64,000 nt of DNA, from positions 32,001 to 96,000 of the forward strand of contig JAHQWK010000016.1 of assembly GCA_029856145.1 (NCBI GenBank). The letters run 5' to 3'. The DNA comes from Promethearchaeia archaeon. GTDB lineage: Archaea; Asgardarchaeota; Lokiarchaeia; Sigyniarchaeales; SOKP01. The notes beneath the pieces are model-generated. The model searched no databases. It was not told the DNA's origin and worked only from the letters and a program-made list of their open reading frames with translations. The number at the start of each line of letters is the position of its first letter. The stretch's first letter is position 1. The position numbers and the translations under genes were made by a program. Positions 19,071 to 29,112 of the stretch are shown here, one piece after another.

Positions 19071-19490
19071 TTAATCTGTTTCCAAATCCATTTTAAATTG
19101 CTCATAAATTTTCCTAACTCTATCAGCTGAAGGACCTTCTCCTCTCACTCCGTTTTCGTCAACAATAATTTTCCCACTTAAGATTGATATTATATTCTGA
19201 TCTTCAATATAATCTACATGCCCTTTTGTAAAAATAGTTGCAATTCTATCTGCTAAAGCCTGCATAGGAAAAGGTTCTTCTTCTAAACTTACGAATTTGT
19301 AAAAATTACTTCTTATAAACAATTTTGGAAACGATTTGCTTTTTTCGTTTTTAACATTAATAAGAATTAAATTGGAGTCTTCTGAAATTCCCTTTAATTG
19401 GCCAACAAAAAATTTATCCTTATCAACGTATACCTTAACTATTTTATCAATTAAAGTTCCTAACTCCGTATTATATTGCCTTATTGACAT
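19071..19490 (-). CDS. Lsm/SmAP3-type RNA-binding protein (Sm domain + C-terminal domain)
   Basis: 'FVGQLKGI..SNLIL.NV..LFIR' plus 'GVRGEGPSADRVRKIYE'. Confidence 0.85.
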   Translation of the reverse strand: MSIRQYNTELGTLIDKIVKVYVDKDKFFVGQLKGISEDSNLILINVKNEKSKSFPKLFIRSNFYKFVSLEEEPFPMQALADRIATIFTKGHVDYIEDQNIISILSGKIIVDENGVRGEGPSADRVRKIYEQFKMDLETD

Positions 19491-19554
19491 AATCCATCAG
19501 AACTTTTTTAGTTATTAATAATATTATACTCTTTTGCTTTTATTCTTATTTTAA

Positions 19555-20211
19555 CTAATTTAAGATATAATTTATAAGTTTGGAGATATTTTCTCCAGTT
19601 GTAGCGCTTGTAACAAAAATTTTGAGATTTGGATTAATTTCTCTAGCATCTTTTACCATATCTTCAATATTTACATCCATAACATCTTTTAAATCAATCT
19701 TATTAATAATAGCAACATCAGAAAATTTAAACAACATTGGATGTTTACGAATTACCCATGGACCTTCTGTTATTGATACTATTACAATCCGTTTCTCAAC
19801 ACCTAAAATAAAATCAGAAGGACAAATCAAATTTCCTACGTTTTCTATAAATACTACGTTGACTTCATTTAAATCATAATTCTTTAAAACTTGGGAGATA
19901 TGATATGAATTCAATGCACATTCGCGCCCAGTATTAATCTGAATTGTCCGTACACCATGTTTTTCAATTCTATCAGCATCTATTCTGGTAGCTACATCAC
20001 CATTGATAACAAGAATATTATAATCTCGTGAAATTTTTTCTACAATATTTTCAATAATCGCCGTTTTTCCCGCCCCTATAGCACCAACAAAATCATAGCT
20101 TCTAATATTTTTTTCTTTCAATATTTGTTTATTTTCTTCTGCTAATCTATCATTATTTTCTATTAAATCTTCATTTAATTCTATTATTCTAGACGTTTTA
20201 TTTCCGGGCAT
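19555..20211 (-). CDS. hypB: Hydrogenase nickel-incorporation GTPase HypB
   Basis: GAIGAGKT, 'DADRI', 'ENVGNLICP', NKID, SATTG. Confidence 0.93.
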   Translation of the reverse strand: MPGNKTSRIIELNEDLIENNDRLAEENKQILKEKNIRSYDFVGAIGAGKTAIIENIVEKISRDYNILVINGDVATRIDADRIEKHGVRTIQINTGRECALNSYHISQVLKNYDLNEVNVVFIENVGNLICPSDFILGVEKRIVIVSITEGPWVIRKHPMLFKFSDVAIINKIDLKDVMDVNIEDMVKDAREINPNLKIFVTSATTGENISKLINYILN

Positions 20212-20312
20212 TTTTAATGTTCAGATAATATTGTGAATTCAATAGGATATAAAAATAAAGACTTATTCCTTGATAATTTTTATGAATTCGAATAAGAAAT
20301 ATAGGTATGAAT

Positions 20313-21248
20313 TTATCTTAAGTTAAATTGATATTTATATACGATATAAGCCCCTAATATTCCACCTAATTCTGGCAAGTAAAACACAATAACATAAGGG
20401 TCAGTCCAAACAAAAAATATTACTGGAAATAACCTAAGAAGTACAATTAGTAACAAAAAAGATCTCCCATTCATTCTAATTGGAAGGAAATACATTAAAG
20501 CCGTTATTTTTCGATTCATAATTGGAAAAAGGGAATATGAGAATAATCCTAGTATGCCGCCCCACGCTAATCCAATATAAAGGTTATATGAATTTAAGGG
20601 ATATATTGATATGAGTGAAATTCTCAATAAGAAATAGAAAAGAGCTGTAAATAAGCAACTTATTATATACAATATTATTAAAAATTTAGTTCCTTGGCTG
20701 GCTTCAATATTTCTAGCCATAAAATATAAAATCAATAACATAATAAACAAGAAAAACAAACTTAACCAATCATCAGTTCCAACAAAAAGACTAGTAAAAA
20801 AAGTATGGTATGTGAATTTATGTACTATTCCATGTAAACTTAAAGATATATATTCAGGGATCTCATAATAACTAAAAAATAAAGCTATAATAGAGAATAC
20901 TATGATTGTAAAAAAGAGTGTTTTAGTTCCCTGATATTGAGATATTTTTTTATAAGGTTTCTGATATAACCTTAATGTTCTTTCATTTTGTTTTTCTTGT
21001 CTTCTTAAGTATTTTTTGAACGCTTTAGGTTCTTTATCTAAATAAACCCTAGATACCGGTTTTTTCATTGTAGTATCTTGGTATCTTTGATTAGTTTGAG
21101 TAGTAGGGACTACAGGTACATGTTTTAATTCAAATGTACATTCGTGATTTTCAGGTAATCGATGTTTTTTACAAAAAGTACTTCCACAGTATTTACAAGT
21201 AAATGGTAAATAAGTAATTTGTTCGCCGCAAAATTCGCAATAAGTCAG
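20313..21248 (-). CDS. AN1 zinc finger + rhomboid-like pseudoprotease (probable CTG start)
   Basis: The frame extends 60 codons upstream of the ATG at 21068 and encodes [28 protein letters not shown]. The rhomboid-like TMs have GLAWG and PELGG instead of GASG and AHLGG. Confidence 0.8.
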   Translation of the reverse strand: MTYCEFCGEQITYLPFTCKYCGSTFCKKHRLPENHECTFELKHVPVVPTTQTNQRYQDTTMKKPVSRVYLDKEPKAFKKYLRRQEKQNERTLRLYQKPYKKISQYQGTKTLFFTIIVFSIIALFFSYYEIPEYISLSLHGIVHKFTYHTFFTSLFVGTDDWLSLFFLFIMLLILYFMARNIEASQGTKFLIILYIISCLFTALFYFLLRISLISIYPLNSYNLYIGLAWGGILGLFSYSLFPIMNRKITALMYFLPIRMNGRSFLLLIVLLRLFPVIFFVWTDPYVIVFYLPELGGILGAYIVYKYQFNLR

Positions 21249-21434
21249 CTTAAATCACTTTATATTGTTTTCGTGCTTCTATTAAATTAATTATAAAACT
21301 CAAAAATTTAATAATTTAAAATTATCATCCTTCATAATTTTTACTTTTTGTTTTTCTCTCGTTATTAATTTACTCTTTAGGATTTCAATATATAAAAATT
21401 AAAGAAAAATAAAGATTCAATTAAAATTATAAGA

Positions 21435-22436
21435 TTAAGGAATATATGGGTTTGTACTAATTGGAGCGTAGATAAGCATATACGTTATTATTAAAAGCGT
21501 TAGTAATGAACCACATAACGCGATATATACTTTTTTGTTCCATTTCCAAATATTTTGTCCATCTAAAATACCAATAGGAATCATATTAAAAGTACCTAAC
21601 ATAAAATTCAAATTCGCGGCTAACCCTATTAACATATTAAGTGGGTATATTGGAATTATAAAAGAGATTATGAATAGGATGATACCATAAACTAGATTAA
21701 CTGTGGGACCTGCAGCTTTGCACAATCCTGTAGTTTTATCTATTTTACTTAAACCTAAAACAACAACAGCACCAGGTAAGGCCAAGGAAGGGAAACTATT
21801 TCCACCAGAGATTAATGAATATATGTTAATTACAACGCCAAAAACTGTTAAAATCATCCCAAAGGTTAATAGTCTAAATTTTGTTTGAAGATTAAAATGA
21901 GCTGCTACTTGTCTATGTCCTAATTCATGAAAGAGAAAAGCTGTAGCATAAAAACCAGCTAACATGAAAATTGCCCATTCATATCCCGTATTAATTAAAT
22001 TAGGAGTGAAAGTTATAATGCCGATAATATAAATTAGTGAGACTCCGATTATAAAATGGAATAATTCTGATTTATGAGGCAATAAGATTCCTTTAAACTT
22101 AATTCCAGAATCAGGGTCAAATGCATTTACTGGTACTTGACTTTCTTGACGATACCAGGTATATGTGCCGTCTGTGGTCCCTCGAACTACTCCCGGGGTG
22201 TATGGTTGTTGATATGCTTGCTCTTGAGGGACTGGTGATTGCTGTGGCATTTGACTGTAAGATTGGATAACCGTTGGTGATTGTTGTAATCTTAGACTCT
22301 CTCTTACAATATTGCAATCGTGATTTACTGGGTCTTTATGTATTGCACAATAATCATACCCACATTCACTACAGTGAAAAGGATCTCCAATTATTTCTCC
22401 CCCACAATGTGCGCAATTTGCCATAATTATTACCAA
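21435..22436 (-). CDS. AN1 zinc finger + M50 (site-2) intramembrane metalloprotease
   Basis: CAHC..PFHCSECG..YCAIH....HDC; HELGH; AAGPTVN; FNMIPIGILDG. Confidence 0.9.
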   Translation of the reverse strand: MVIIMANCAHCGGEIIGDPFHCSECGYDYCAIHKDPVNHDCNIVRESLRLQQSPTVIQSYSQMPQQSPVPQEQAYQQPYTPGVVRGTTDGTYTWYRQESQVPVNAFDPDSGIKFKGILLPHKSELFHFIIGVSLIYIIGIITFTPNLINTGYEWAIFMLAGFYATAFLFHELGHRQVAAHFNLQTKFRLLTFGMILTVFGVVINIYSLISGGNSFPSLALPGAVVVLGLSKIDKTTGLCKAAGPTVNLVYGIILFIISFIIPIYPLNMLIGLAANLNFMLGTFNMIPIGILDGQNIWKWNKKVYIALCGSLLTLLIITYMLIYAPISTNPYIP

Positions 22437-22642
22437 ATTTGGAATATTTAATTTTTTAAAAGAATGATTTTTTAATAAAATATAAAATTAAAGATTTAAA
22501 ATTTTATTGAGTATTGTCTTGCTAATTTTTTCTTACGTTTACTAAAATATTCTCCTAATACTTATTAATCTTAAATTAAGAAAAATATATTAAGCCGAAC
22601 TATACTAGGTTATTAAAGTTAAAGATTTTGTTGGTGTATTTT

Positions 22643-22810
22643 ATGAGTGAAGATGAAATTGAAGATGAGAATGAAGATGATATATCATTGGATGAAGAGC
22701 GAAAGAAATTAAAAGAGATGGGTGTCAATAGTACCTGGGATATCTTAACAACTGGTGAAAAGAAAAAGAAAGAACCGGAAGAAAAAAAAGAATTTATAGG
22801 ATTCAATTAA
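22643..22810 (+). CDS. Small acidic/charged protein
   Basis: 55-aa ORF with GGTG upstream and coding-like composition. Confidence 0.6.
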   Translation: MSEDEIEDENEDDISLDEERKKLKEMGVNSTWDILTTGEKKKKEPEEKKEFIGFN

Positions 22811-22935
22811 TTTCTTTGATTCTTGTAATCTCTATTTATTCTAAATATAATAATAAACTCATATATGCAAAAAATTTAATTGCTAACCAATATAATAATC
22901 TAACAATTTAACATGAAATTTAAATTGATGGATAA

Positions 22936-24561
22936 TTGTCTACTCCTGTTTCAATTCACGATGGACCATTTACCACTAATACATTAGTATCAAAAATTTT
23001 TCTTGTTTTTTATAGTATTATCATCTGGTGCTCAATATTACCATTGCTTTTGGAATTATATTTTTTTTGGAAAATAATTGAATTTAATATATCCTTATTC
23101 ATTTGTTTATTACCAATTCAAATTTATTTTGGGTATCTAATTTTAGTTTTCACTTCCATTTTAATAGCAAAACTTTTTTTGATCACAATCAACCTCATTC
23201 ATAAACCTAAGGAAGGAGTCTTTAAGAGAATTAACCAGGACCCTGATTACTATTTTTGGAGCCTAAGAGCAGTTATTAAAAAGTGGCCAATATGGGTTTC
23301 TAAATTCATTCCTTTACCGTTTACTGATAAAATAAACTCAAGATGGTTTGAAAATGATTCAGAATTTATTAAATATGGAAAAAATATTTCAATCGGTAAA
23401 GGAAGTTCAGTAAAAGCGAGTATGGTTTTTAGCGATTTTTTAATTATTAAAAAAGTCAATATTGGAGAAAATGTAATCATTGGCTCAAATTCTTTCATTG
23501 CCCCTGGAACTCAAATCGGTAAAAATGTTATTATTGGAACGATGTCTGCTACTAAATTCAGTCAAACCTTAAAATCAGATTCCATTTACGCAGGTTTTCC
23601 CATTGAACGATTAAAAAACCAAGATTATTCCACATATGATTCCATTGAAAAATTAAGAGAAACCTTAACGAGCACAATTAATTTTAAAGATGATAGTTGC
23701 GATGATGTTAAATTAAATCTAAATCGTCTACAAGGAGAGAAATTTATGAAGAATCTAAAGTATGATTTGCTAATCTTTGGTTTAATCTATTTTTTATCTA
23801 ATGCAATACCCATTTTAGGAATAATCTATTTTGGATCAGAATTATTCATTCCATTTTTTCTCCAAAATCCCAATTTATTTTCTATTTTTACAAACGTACT
23901 CTCACTCACAGTTTTTCTTTTAACTCCTTTAATTCTTATCATCTTTTATATAATAAACTTATTAGGAGTAATCTTCTTTGGAAAATTATTTTATAGAATC
24001 ATGCTGTATATAAAACCTAGTGAAGAAGGAATTTTAGATTGGCAGAATAAAGATAAGGACTTTATATATTACTTCAGACGCTCTTTTCTAATAAGATATG
24101 TCAAATGGAAAGTACAAAAAAGTCCCTTTCCATGGTTAATAAAATTCGCTTATAATAATATTGGGAATTGCCAAATTGGTAGAAATACGGTGATCGAAGA
24201 TTCCTTTTTAGCAAAAGAATTTTTAGAAGTGGGAAACAATGTATATTTAGGAAAAGTATTAATAGCAACTCATTTATGGGATAAAAATTTATCTATAAAA
24301 AAGATTATTATAGGAGATAATGTAGTCATTCAAGATAATTCCTGCATTGCTCCAGGTACAGAAATTGAGGAAAATGTATCTTTATTTCCATTATCAATAA
24401 CGGTTAAATGTGAAAAACTTATAGCAAATTCATTTTACTTAAATACTCCTTTAGTAAAAATTAGCAACGAGGAATTAATCAATGCTTTTAATCTAAACTT
24501 GTATGATATAAATCCTAAAAAAATCAGTTTAAAAAGAGATGAATCCTATTATAATTACTAA
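22936..24561 (+). CDS. Membrane protein with two TM-hairpin + left-handed beta-helix (hexapeptide) repeats
   Basis: Twice 'TM-TM-KP.EG..YY' followed by hexapeptides (IGENVIIGSNSFIAPG; IGDNVVI..CIAPG). Confidence 0.85.
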   Translation: MSTPVSIHDGPFTTNTLVSKIFLVFYSIIIWCSILPLLLELYFFWKIIEFNISLFICLLPIQIYFGYLILVFTSILIAKLFLITINLIHKPKEGVFKRINQDPDYYFWSLRAVIKKWPIWVSKFIPLPFTDKINSRWFENDSEFIKYGKNISIGKGSSVKASMVFSDFLIIKKVNIGENVIIGSNSFIAPGTQIGKNVIIGTMSATKFSQTLKSDSIYAGFPIERLKNQDYSTYDSIEKLRETLTSTINFKDDSCDDVKLNLNRLQGEKFMKNLKYDLLIFGLIYFLSNAIPILGIIYFGSELFIPFFLQNPNLFSIFTNVLSLTVFLLTPLILIIFYIINLLGVIFFGKLFYRIMLYIKPSEEGILDWQNKDKDFIYYFRRSFLIRYVKWKVQKSPFPWLIKFAYNNIGNCQIGRNTVIEDSFLAKEFLEVGNNVYLGKVLIATHLWDKNLSIKKIIIGDNVVIQDNSCIAPGTEIEENVSLFPLSITVKCEKLIANSFYLNTPLVKISNEELINAFNLNLYDINPKKISLKRDESYYNY

Positions 24562-25282
24562 CAATTTAGTAGAAGAAAAGAAGATTTACTGGCTCTATCC
24601 CATTTTAATTTGGTTATCATTTTTTCCTACAAGTCTAATTTATCTGTTTTTCTTTAATTTTTTCTCATTTTGGATTGATCCTATATTTATTATTTGCTTT
24701 TTACCAATTTCACTTGTTTTATATTATCTAGTTTTTATTCTCTTTCTTCTACTATTTGCTAAATTAATTTTAATCCTTCTTAATATGATTAATAAACCAA
24801 AAGAGGGGATATTTCAGAGAAATTTCCAAGATAAAAATTATCGTTTTTTTGTTATAAGAACATGTCTAAAGCGGTTTGTTCTAAAAATATATAATTATTT
24901 TCCTTTACCTTGGGCAAAAATTCTTGCGTTGAGATTATTTGGGGTAAAAATCTCTAATAACACAGGGATATTAGACAGTTTTATTGATTCCGATTTTATT
25001 GTAATCGGTGATAATGTTATACTAGGGGAAGGTTCACTTGTAATGAATTCAATGATTTTAGGGGATTATTTATTAGTAAGAAAAGTTATTTTAAACCGAG
25101 GGTGCACTATTGGCGCATTCAGTGTAATTGCTCCTGGAACTATCGTAGAAGAAGGAGCAATTCTGGGAATGGGAAGTTATACATATTTAAACCAACGACT
25201 TGAAAAGAATTATATTCATTTTGGAAGACCTGCGAAGAGATGGAAAAAAATTGAAGATAATTTTACATTTTCCAAAAAATAA
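24539..25282 (+). CDS. Membrane protein with one TM-hairpin + hexapeptide repeat (acyltransferase-like)
   Basis: 'KPKEGIF..IGDNVILG..IGAFSVIAPG..FGRPAK'. Confidence 0.85.
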   Translation: MNPIIITNNLVEEKKIYWLYPILIWLSFFPTSLIYLFFFNFFSFWIDPIFIICFLPISLVLYYLVFILFLLLFAKLILILLNMINKPKEGIFQRNFQDKNYRFFVIRTCLKRFVLKIYNYFPLPWAKILALRLFGVKISNNTGILDSFIDSDFIVIGDNVILGEGSLVMNSMILGDYLLVRKVILNRGCTIGAFSVIAPGTIVEEGAILGMGSYTYLNQRLEKNYIHFGRPAKRWKKIEDNFTFSKK

Positions 25283-25339
25283 TTATACTTCATAAAATTA
25301 GATTAAAATATTAATATAATAATTTCGGAAGAAAATCAA

Positions 25340-25606
25340 ATGAGGCATAGGGTATATTGTCCTACATGTGAGCAAGAGGTTGTATTACGTAGAAAAAATT
25401 TTGATCACATCTATCACGAGGTACTCTTATTCCTCGTTATCCTAACATTAGGTTTAGGTTTTATTATTTACCTTATTTTGAAATATAGTAAAAAACCAAA
25501 CACGTGCCCAAATTGCGAAACTGCATTTGATTTAGATAACCTTCCCTCCCAAAATATAAAAGTCACTAAGACTTTAGGTACAAGAAGTAACTTTATGCCT
25601 CCTTAA
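25340..25606 (+). CDS. LITAF-like zinc-ribbon membrane protein
   Basis: CPTC - hydrophobic segment - CPNC. Confidence 0.75.
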   Translation: MRHRVYCPTCEQEVVLRRKNFDHIYHEVLLFLVILTLGLGFIIYLILKYSKKPNTCPNCETAFDLDNLPSQNIKVTKTLGTRSNFMPP

Positions 25607-25859
25607 CTTTCATTTGTTTATTACATCTAGGACAAGTTTTATCAATATCAGTGAGCTCCTTTTTCATGATAGTTTTTTGATATTTGCATTTTGCACTTGA
25701 ACAAACAAGTGTATATTTTGTCAACTGAATTGATGGTTTTTCATGATGTTTCTTTTGTACATTTTCACTTTTACTTTTTTTGGTTTGATCGGGCGATTCT
25801 TTATTTTTCTTTGTTTTCTTAGTGTCATCTTCTGACTTGAGCCATTTATCTAAACCCAA
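25593..25859 (-). CDS. Small basic Zn-ribbon protein
   Basis: MGLDKWL N-terminus, CSSAKC..CPRC. Confidence 0.75.
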   Translation of the reverse strand: MGLDKWLKSEDDTKKTKKNKESPDQTKKSKSENVQKKHHEKPSIQLTKYTLVCSSAKCKYQKTIMKKELTDIDKTCPRCNKQMKVKEA

Positions 25860-25977
25860 TTGAACTCACTTTAGAAATTTCTTATTTTATAAAAACTTAA
25901 GATATGAAATTAATTAATTGCTTCTTATAAATAAAAGAAGAGAAAAAAATAAAAATTTGTTTATCAAGAATGATTTG

Positions 25978-27222
25978 TTAAAAGACTTGAACCTTACCTG
26001 CAATAAGTCTTTTTCTTAAATCAATGAAATTCTCCTTACTAAGGCTTTCAGCTGAAACTTCTTCTGCTATTTTCTTTACTGAATCAAAGTTTACATTATC
26101 AGCTGGGATCAATTCGATAGAATTAACCCAAGGGTCCGTTATGGGGCGTCCTATTTGAGATAATAATTTAACATGTGCTTCTATGATATCGCCTTGACCT
26201 CTTTTAATGATCTCTCTTGCCATCTCTGTACCTAATACATTATATAGTTTTCCTACATGGTTTATAGGATTCTTTCCACAAACAGCTTCTAAACTCATTG
26301 GTCTACAAGGAGTAATAAGTCCGTTAGATCTATTGCCACGACCTACTTCTCCGTCATCACCAGCTTCAGCAGATGTCCCAGTAATTGTCAAATACACAAT
26401 ACCCTTTTCGATCTTATCAGCAACATTTACTTGGCATGTTACATCGCGTTCTGGGATAATATCTGCGGCTAAATCTAAAACTGCTTCTTTGATTTGATTG
26501 GTGTAACTTATATATTCACTGGCATCGTTGATATATTTGCTAATCATTGCAGCGGCAACAGTAATTCCGACTTCATTTCCATTTCTCTCAACCATTATCT
26601 TAACATCTTCCCCTGAAGCATTACATTTATCTTTGAATTTATCGGAATTAATCAACCTTTCTGCTTCTAAAGTTATCTTCTCAACATCCGAATTAGGAGC
26701 ATATCCTACTCCAAAACTAGTATCATTTGCAAGTGGAACTTCTTCAGTATGATGAGATTCATCAAAAACCCCTGTTAAATCTATTGAACCAGGTCGGACA
26801 GCATAGTCAAATTGGATATCCTTGTTTAAATCGAGGTTTCTAAAAATATTGGAAAGTACTTCACGTTGGGTTTCTATACAAATAATCGGAATAGGAATAT
26901 ATTCCAGTTTATTTGTGCCATCACCGCATTCTATAAGAATTTGATTTATTGCTCGTCCAACAATCAGAAAATATTGTGGTTGGATTATTAGACCCCCACC
27001 ATACTCTGGTTTCGCAGTCCCTCCAACTAAAGCTGCCTTATCAACATTATGGTGGTATATTCGGTCAAAATTCTCAAGATAATAAAGGCACAGAGCTCTA
27101 GAGCAAGCATCAGCAACTGCGTCACAAACAGTATCAGGATGTCCGATTCCTTTCCTTTCACAGAGTTCTGGGAAGTCACTCTTTTCAATTGGTAAAAAAT
27201 GAGCCTTCGAAATTTTCAACAT
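25978..27222 (-). CDS. mat: Archaeal S-adenosylmethionine synthetase
   Basis: '[10 protein letters not shown]', '[12 protein letters not shown]', '[17 protein letters not shown]'. Confidence 0.97.
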   Translation of the reverse strand: MLKISKAHFLPIEKSDFPELCERKGIGHPDTVCDAVADACSRALCLYYLENFDRIYHHNVDKAALVGGTAKPEYGGGLIIQPQYFLIVGRAINQILIECGDGTNKLEYIPIPIICIETQREVLSNIFRNLDLNKDIQFDYAVRPGSIDLTGVFDESHHTEEVPLANDTSFGVGYAPNSDVEKITLEAERLINSDKFKDKCNASGEDVKIMVERNGNEVGITVAAAMISKYINDASEYISYTNQIKEAVLDLAADIIPERDVTCQVNVADKIEKGIVYLTITGTSAEAGDDGEVGRGNRSNGLITPCRPMSLEAVCGKNPINHVGKLYNVLGTEMAREIIKRGQGDIIEAHVKLLSQIGRPITDPWVNSIELIPADNVNFDSVKKIAEEVSAESLSKENFIDLRKRLIAGKVQVF

Positions 27223-27396
27223 TTCAATTAACCATCTTATATAAATAGTTCTTTTAAATATGTTTTTAAATTAATTATCAGTTAAATTCCTTATTAAATG
27301 AAAAATGCAATTAATACATTTCATTATAATTTTTAATTAATAACTTTTATAAATATTTCGTAATTATAATATGCATAAAAAGCATAAAACTAATTC

Positions 27397-27993
27397 TTGG
27401 AAATAATGGAAAAATTACCTGATTTGAGCAAAATCAAAGAATTACGAAAAAAGTTAAATATTAGCCAAAAAGAACTAGCAGAAGAGCTTTCAAAGATTGA
27501 AGAATTAAATGTTCCTCAATCTACAATTTCTAGAATAGAAAGGGGAACAATTGATCCTCCATATACCAAATTCAAAAGAATTTTTGAATATTTAATTAGT
27601 AAACGTAAGGAAAAAGAAGAGTCAATTAAAATTGCCGAAGATTTTATGACCCAAAATATCAAATCCATAAATTCTAGCTCTACAATAAGAGAAGCAGTTA
27701 ACTTAATGAATGAAAATGAAATCTCACAATTGCCTATAATAGAAAATAATCAGAATATTGGAAGTATAACATCAAAAAAAATACAAAAATACATCACAGA
27801 TAATCCAAAAATTATCAATATGGATGTATCGCTAATAAAAGAATTACCATTTCCAGAAATTGATAAAAATTGGAATGTGAAGGATATATCTGATTTACTT
27901 CTAAAATATCCTGCTGTTTTGGTGAGAAAAAATAATGATTATATTGGAATAATCACTGATTCAGATCTTCTTAGATTACCTAATAAAAAATAA
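27397..27993 (+). CDS. HTH-CBS transcriptional regulator
   Basis: 'LRKKLNISQKELA..QSTISRIE.G.IDP' plus a CBS pair. Confidence 0.9.
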   Translation: MEIMEKLPDLSKIKELRKKLNISQKELAEELSKIEELNVPQSTISRIERGTIDPPYTKFKRIFEYLISKRKEKEESIKIAEDFMTQNIKSINSSSTIREAVNLMNENEISQLPIIENNQNIGSITSKKIQKYITDNPKIINMDVSLIKELPFPEIDKNWNVKDISDLLLKYPAVLVRKNNDYIGIITDSDLLRLPNKK

Positions 27994-28110
27994 GAAAATT
28001 TCGAAAATCTATCAATTTTCCAAGGTAAAAGCTATATATTTGTAAATTGATATTACTTAATACAAAAAAGAATAATTTTTTTATGCAATATTGATTTTTA
28101 AAGATTAGAT

Positions 28111-29112
28111 TTGACGATTGAAAAAATCCTTCAAAGGATTGATGGTTTATTAAAGAAGGCTAATTATGAAACATTAGCACTGGGAAATTTTGCTATTAAT
28201 AAATGTAAATTCTGTTTTGATCTTTTAGTTAAAAAGGAAGATTTGGTCTTTAGTGTTAAAATCTTTCCCAATATAGATAACTTAAACCAAAGCGTTATTC
28301 ATGATATTAAATCTTTATCCTTAATCCTTAAATCAAAGCCCTTATTAATTGGAATCAGAAATCGGTATCAAAAATTAGAAGACAATACAATTTATGTAAG
28401 AGAAGGCTTACCCTTTATAACACTTAATACATTTGAGAATATACTCAATGAACAGTACCCTCATATCTTAGCAAGAAGAGGTGGTGGAGTAGTATTTTTA
28501 GATGGTACATTAATGAAAATTTTAAGAGAGAAACATTTAATAACACGAAAAGAACTTTCAGAAATCTTAGGAGTGACCAAGCGAACTATTTCTTCATATG
28601 AAAATGAATCTATGCGACCTTCCGAGAAAATTGCTGAAAAAATATTAGAAATCTTAGAAAATAATAATCTCTTTAAGAAAATGAATCTTTTTGAATGGAC
28701 TATTAAAGATAATATAGATGAAAAAGGAGTCTTAGAAGAAAAAGAATTAAGCCAATTTGAATCGCATGTTCAAGATATAATAAAAGATATTGGGCTTTCT
28801 TCTTATTGGTATAAAAAAGGATCTATTCCTTTCAAATTATCTTTATACTCTCAATCAGATAAAATAAGGTTAGATGACTTTTATCCTCTATTTTCTGGTA
28901 TATCTGAAGAACAGGGAAAAATTAATCAAATGAGCTTTCAATGCTTGAAGTTGTTTACAGATTTATTCCATAAAAATTCACTTTTCATAATTGATAATGA
29001 TATTAAAATTCCTGAGCCGTTTAAAAATGCAAATATCCCTATAGTTAAAATTAAAAATTTAGAAAAAGTTGATGACGAGGAAGAATTCGTTGAACTCATT
29101 CAAGAATCTTGA
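28111..29112 (+). CDS. Conserved archaeal HTH transcriptional regulator
   Basis: 'CFDLLVK..NIDNL..LEDNTIY.R.G', 'ARRGG..DG..LRE..LSEILGVTKRTISSYE'. Confidence 0.85.
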   Translation: MTIEKILQRIDGLLKKANYETLALGNFAINKCKFCFDLLVKKEDLVFSVKIFPNIDNLNQSVIHDIKSLSLILKSKPLLIGIRNRYQKLEDNTIYVREGLPFITLNTFENILNEQYPHILARRGGGVVFLDGTLMKILREKHLITRKELSEILGVTKRTISSYENESMRPSEKIAEKILEILENNNLFKKMNLFEWTIKDNIDEKGVLEEKELSQFESHVQDIIKDIGLSSYWYKKGSIPFKLSLYSQSDKIRLDDFYPLFSGISEEQGKINQMSFQCLKLFTDLFHKNSLFIIDNDIKIPEPFKNANIPIVKIKNLEKVDDEEEFVELIQES

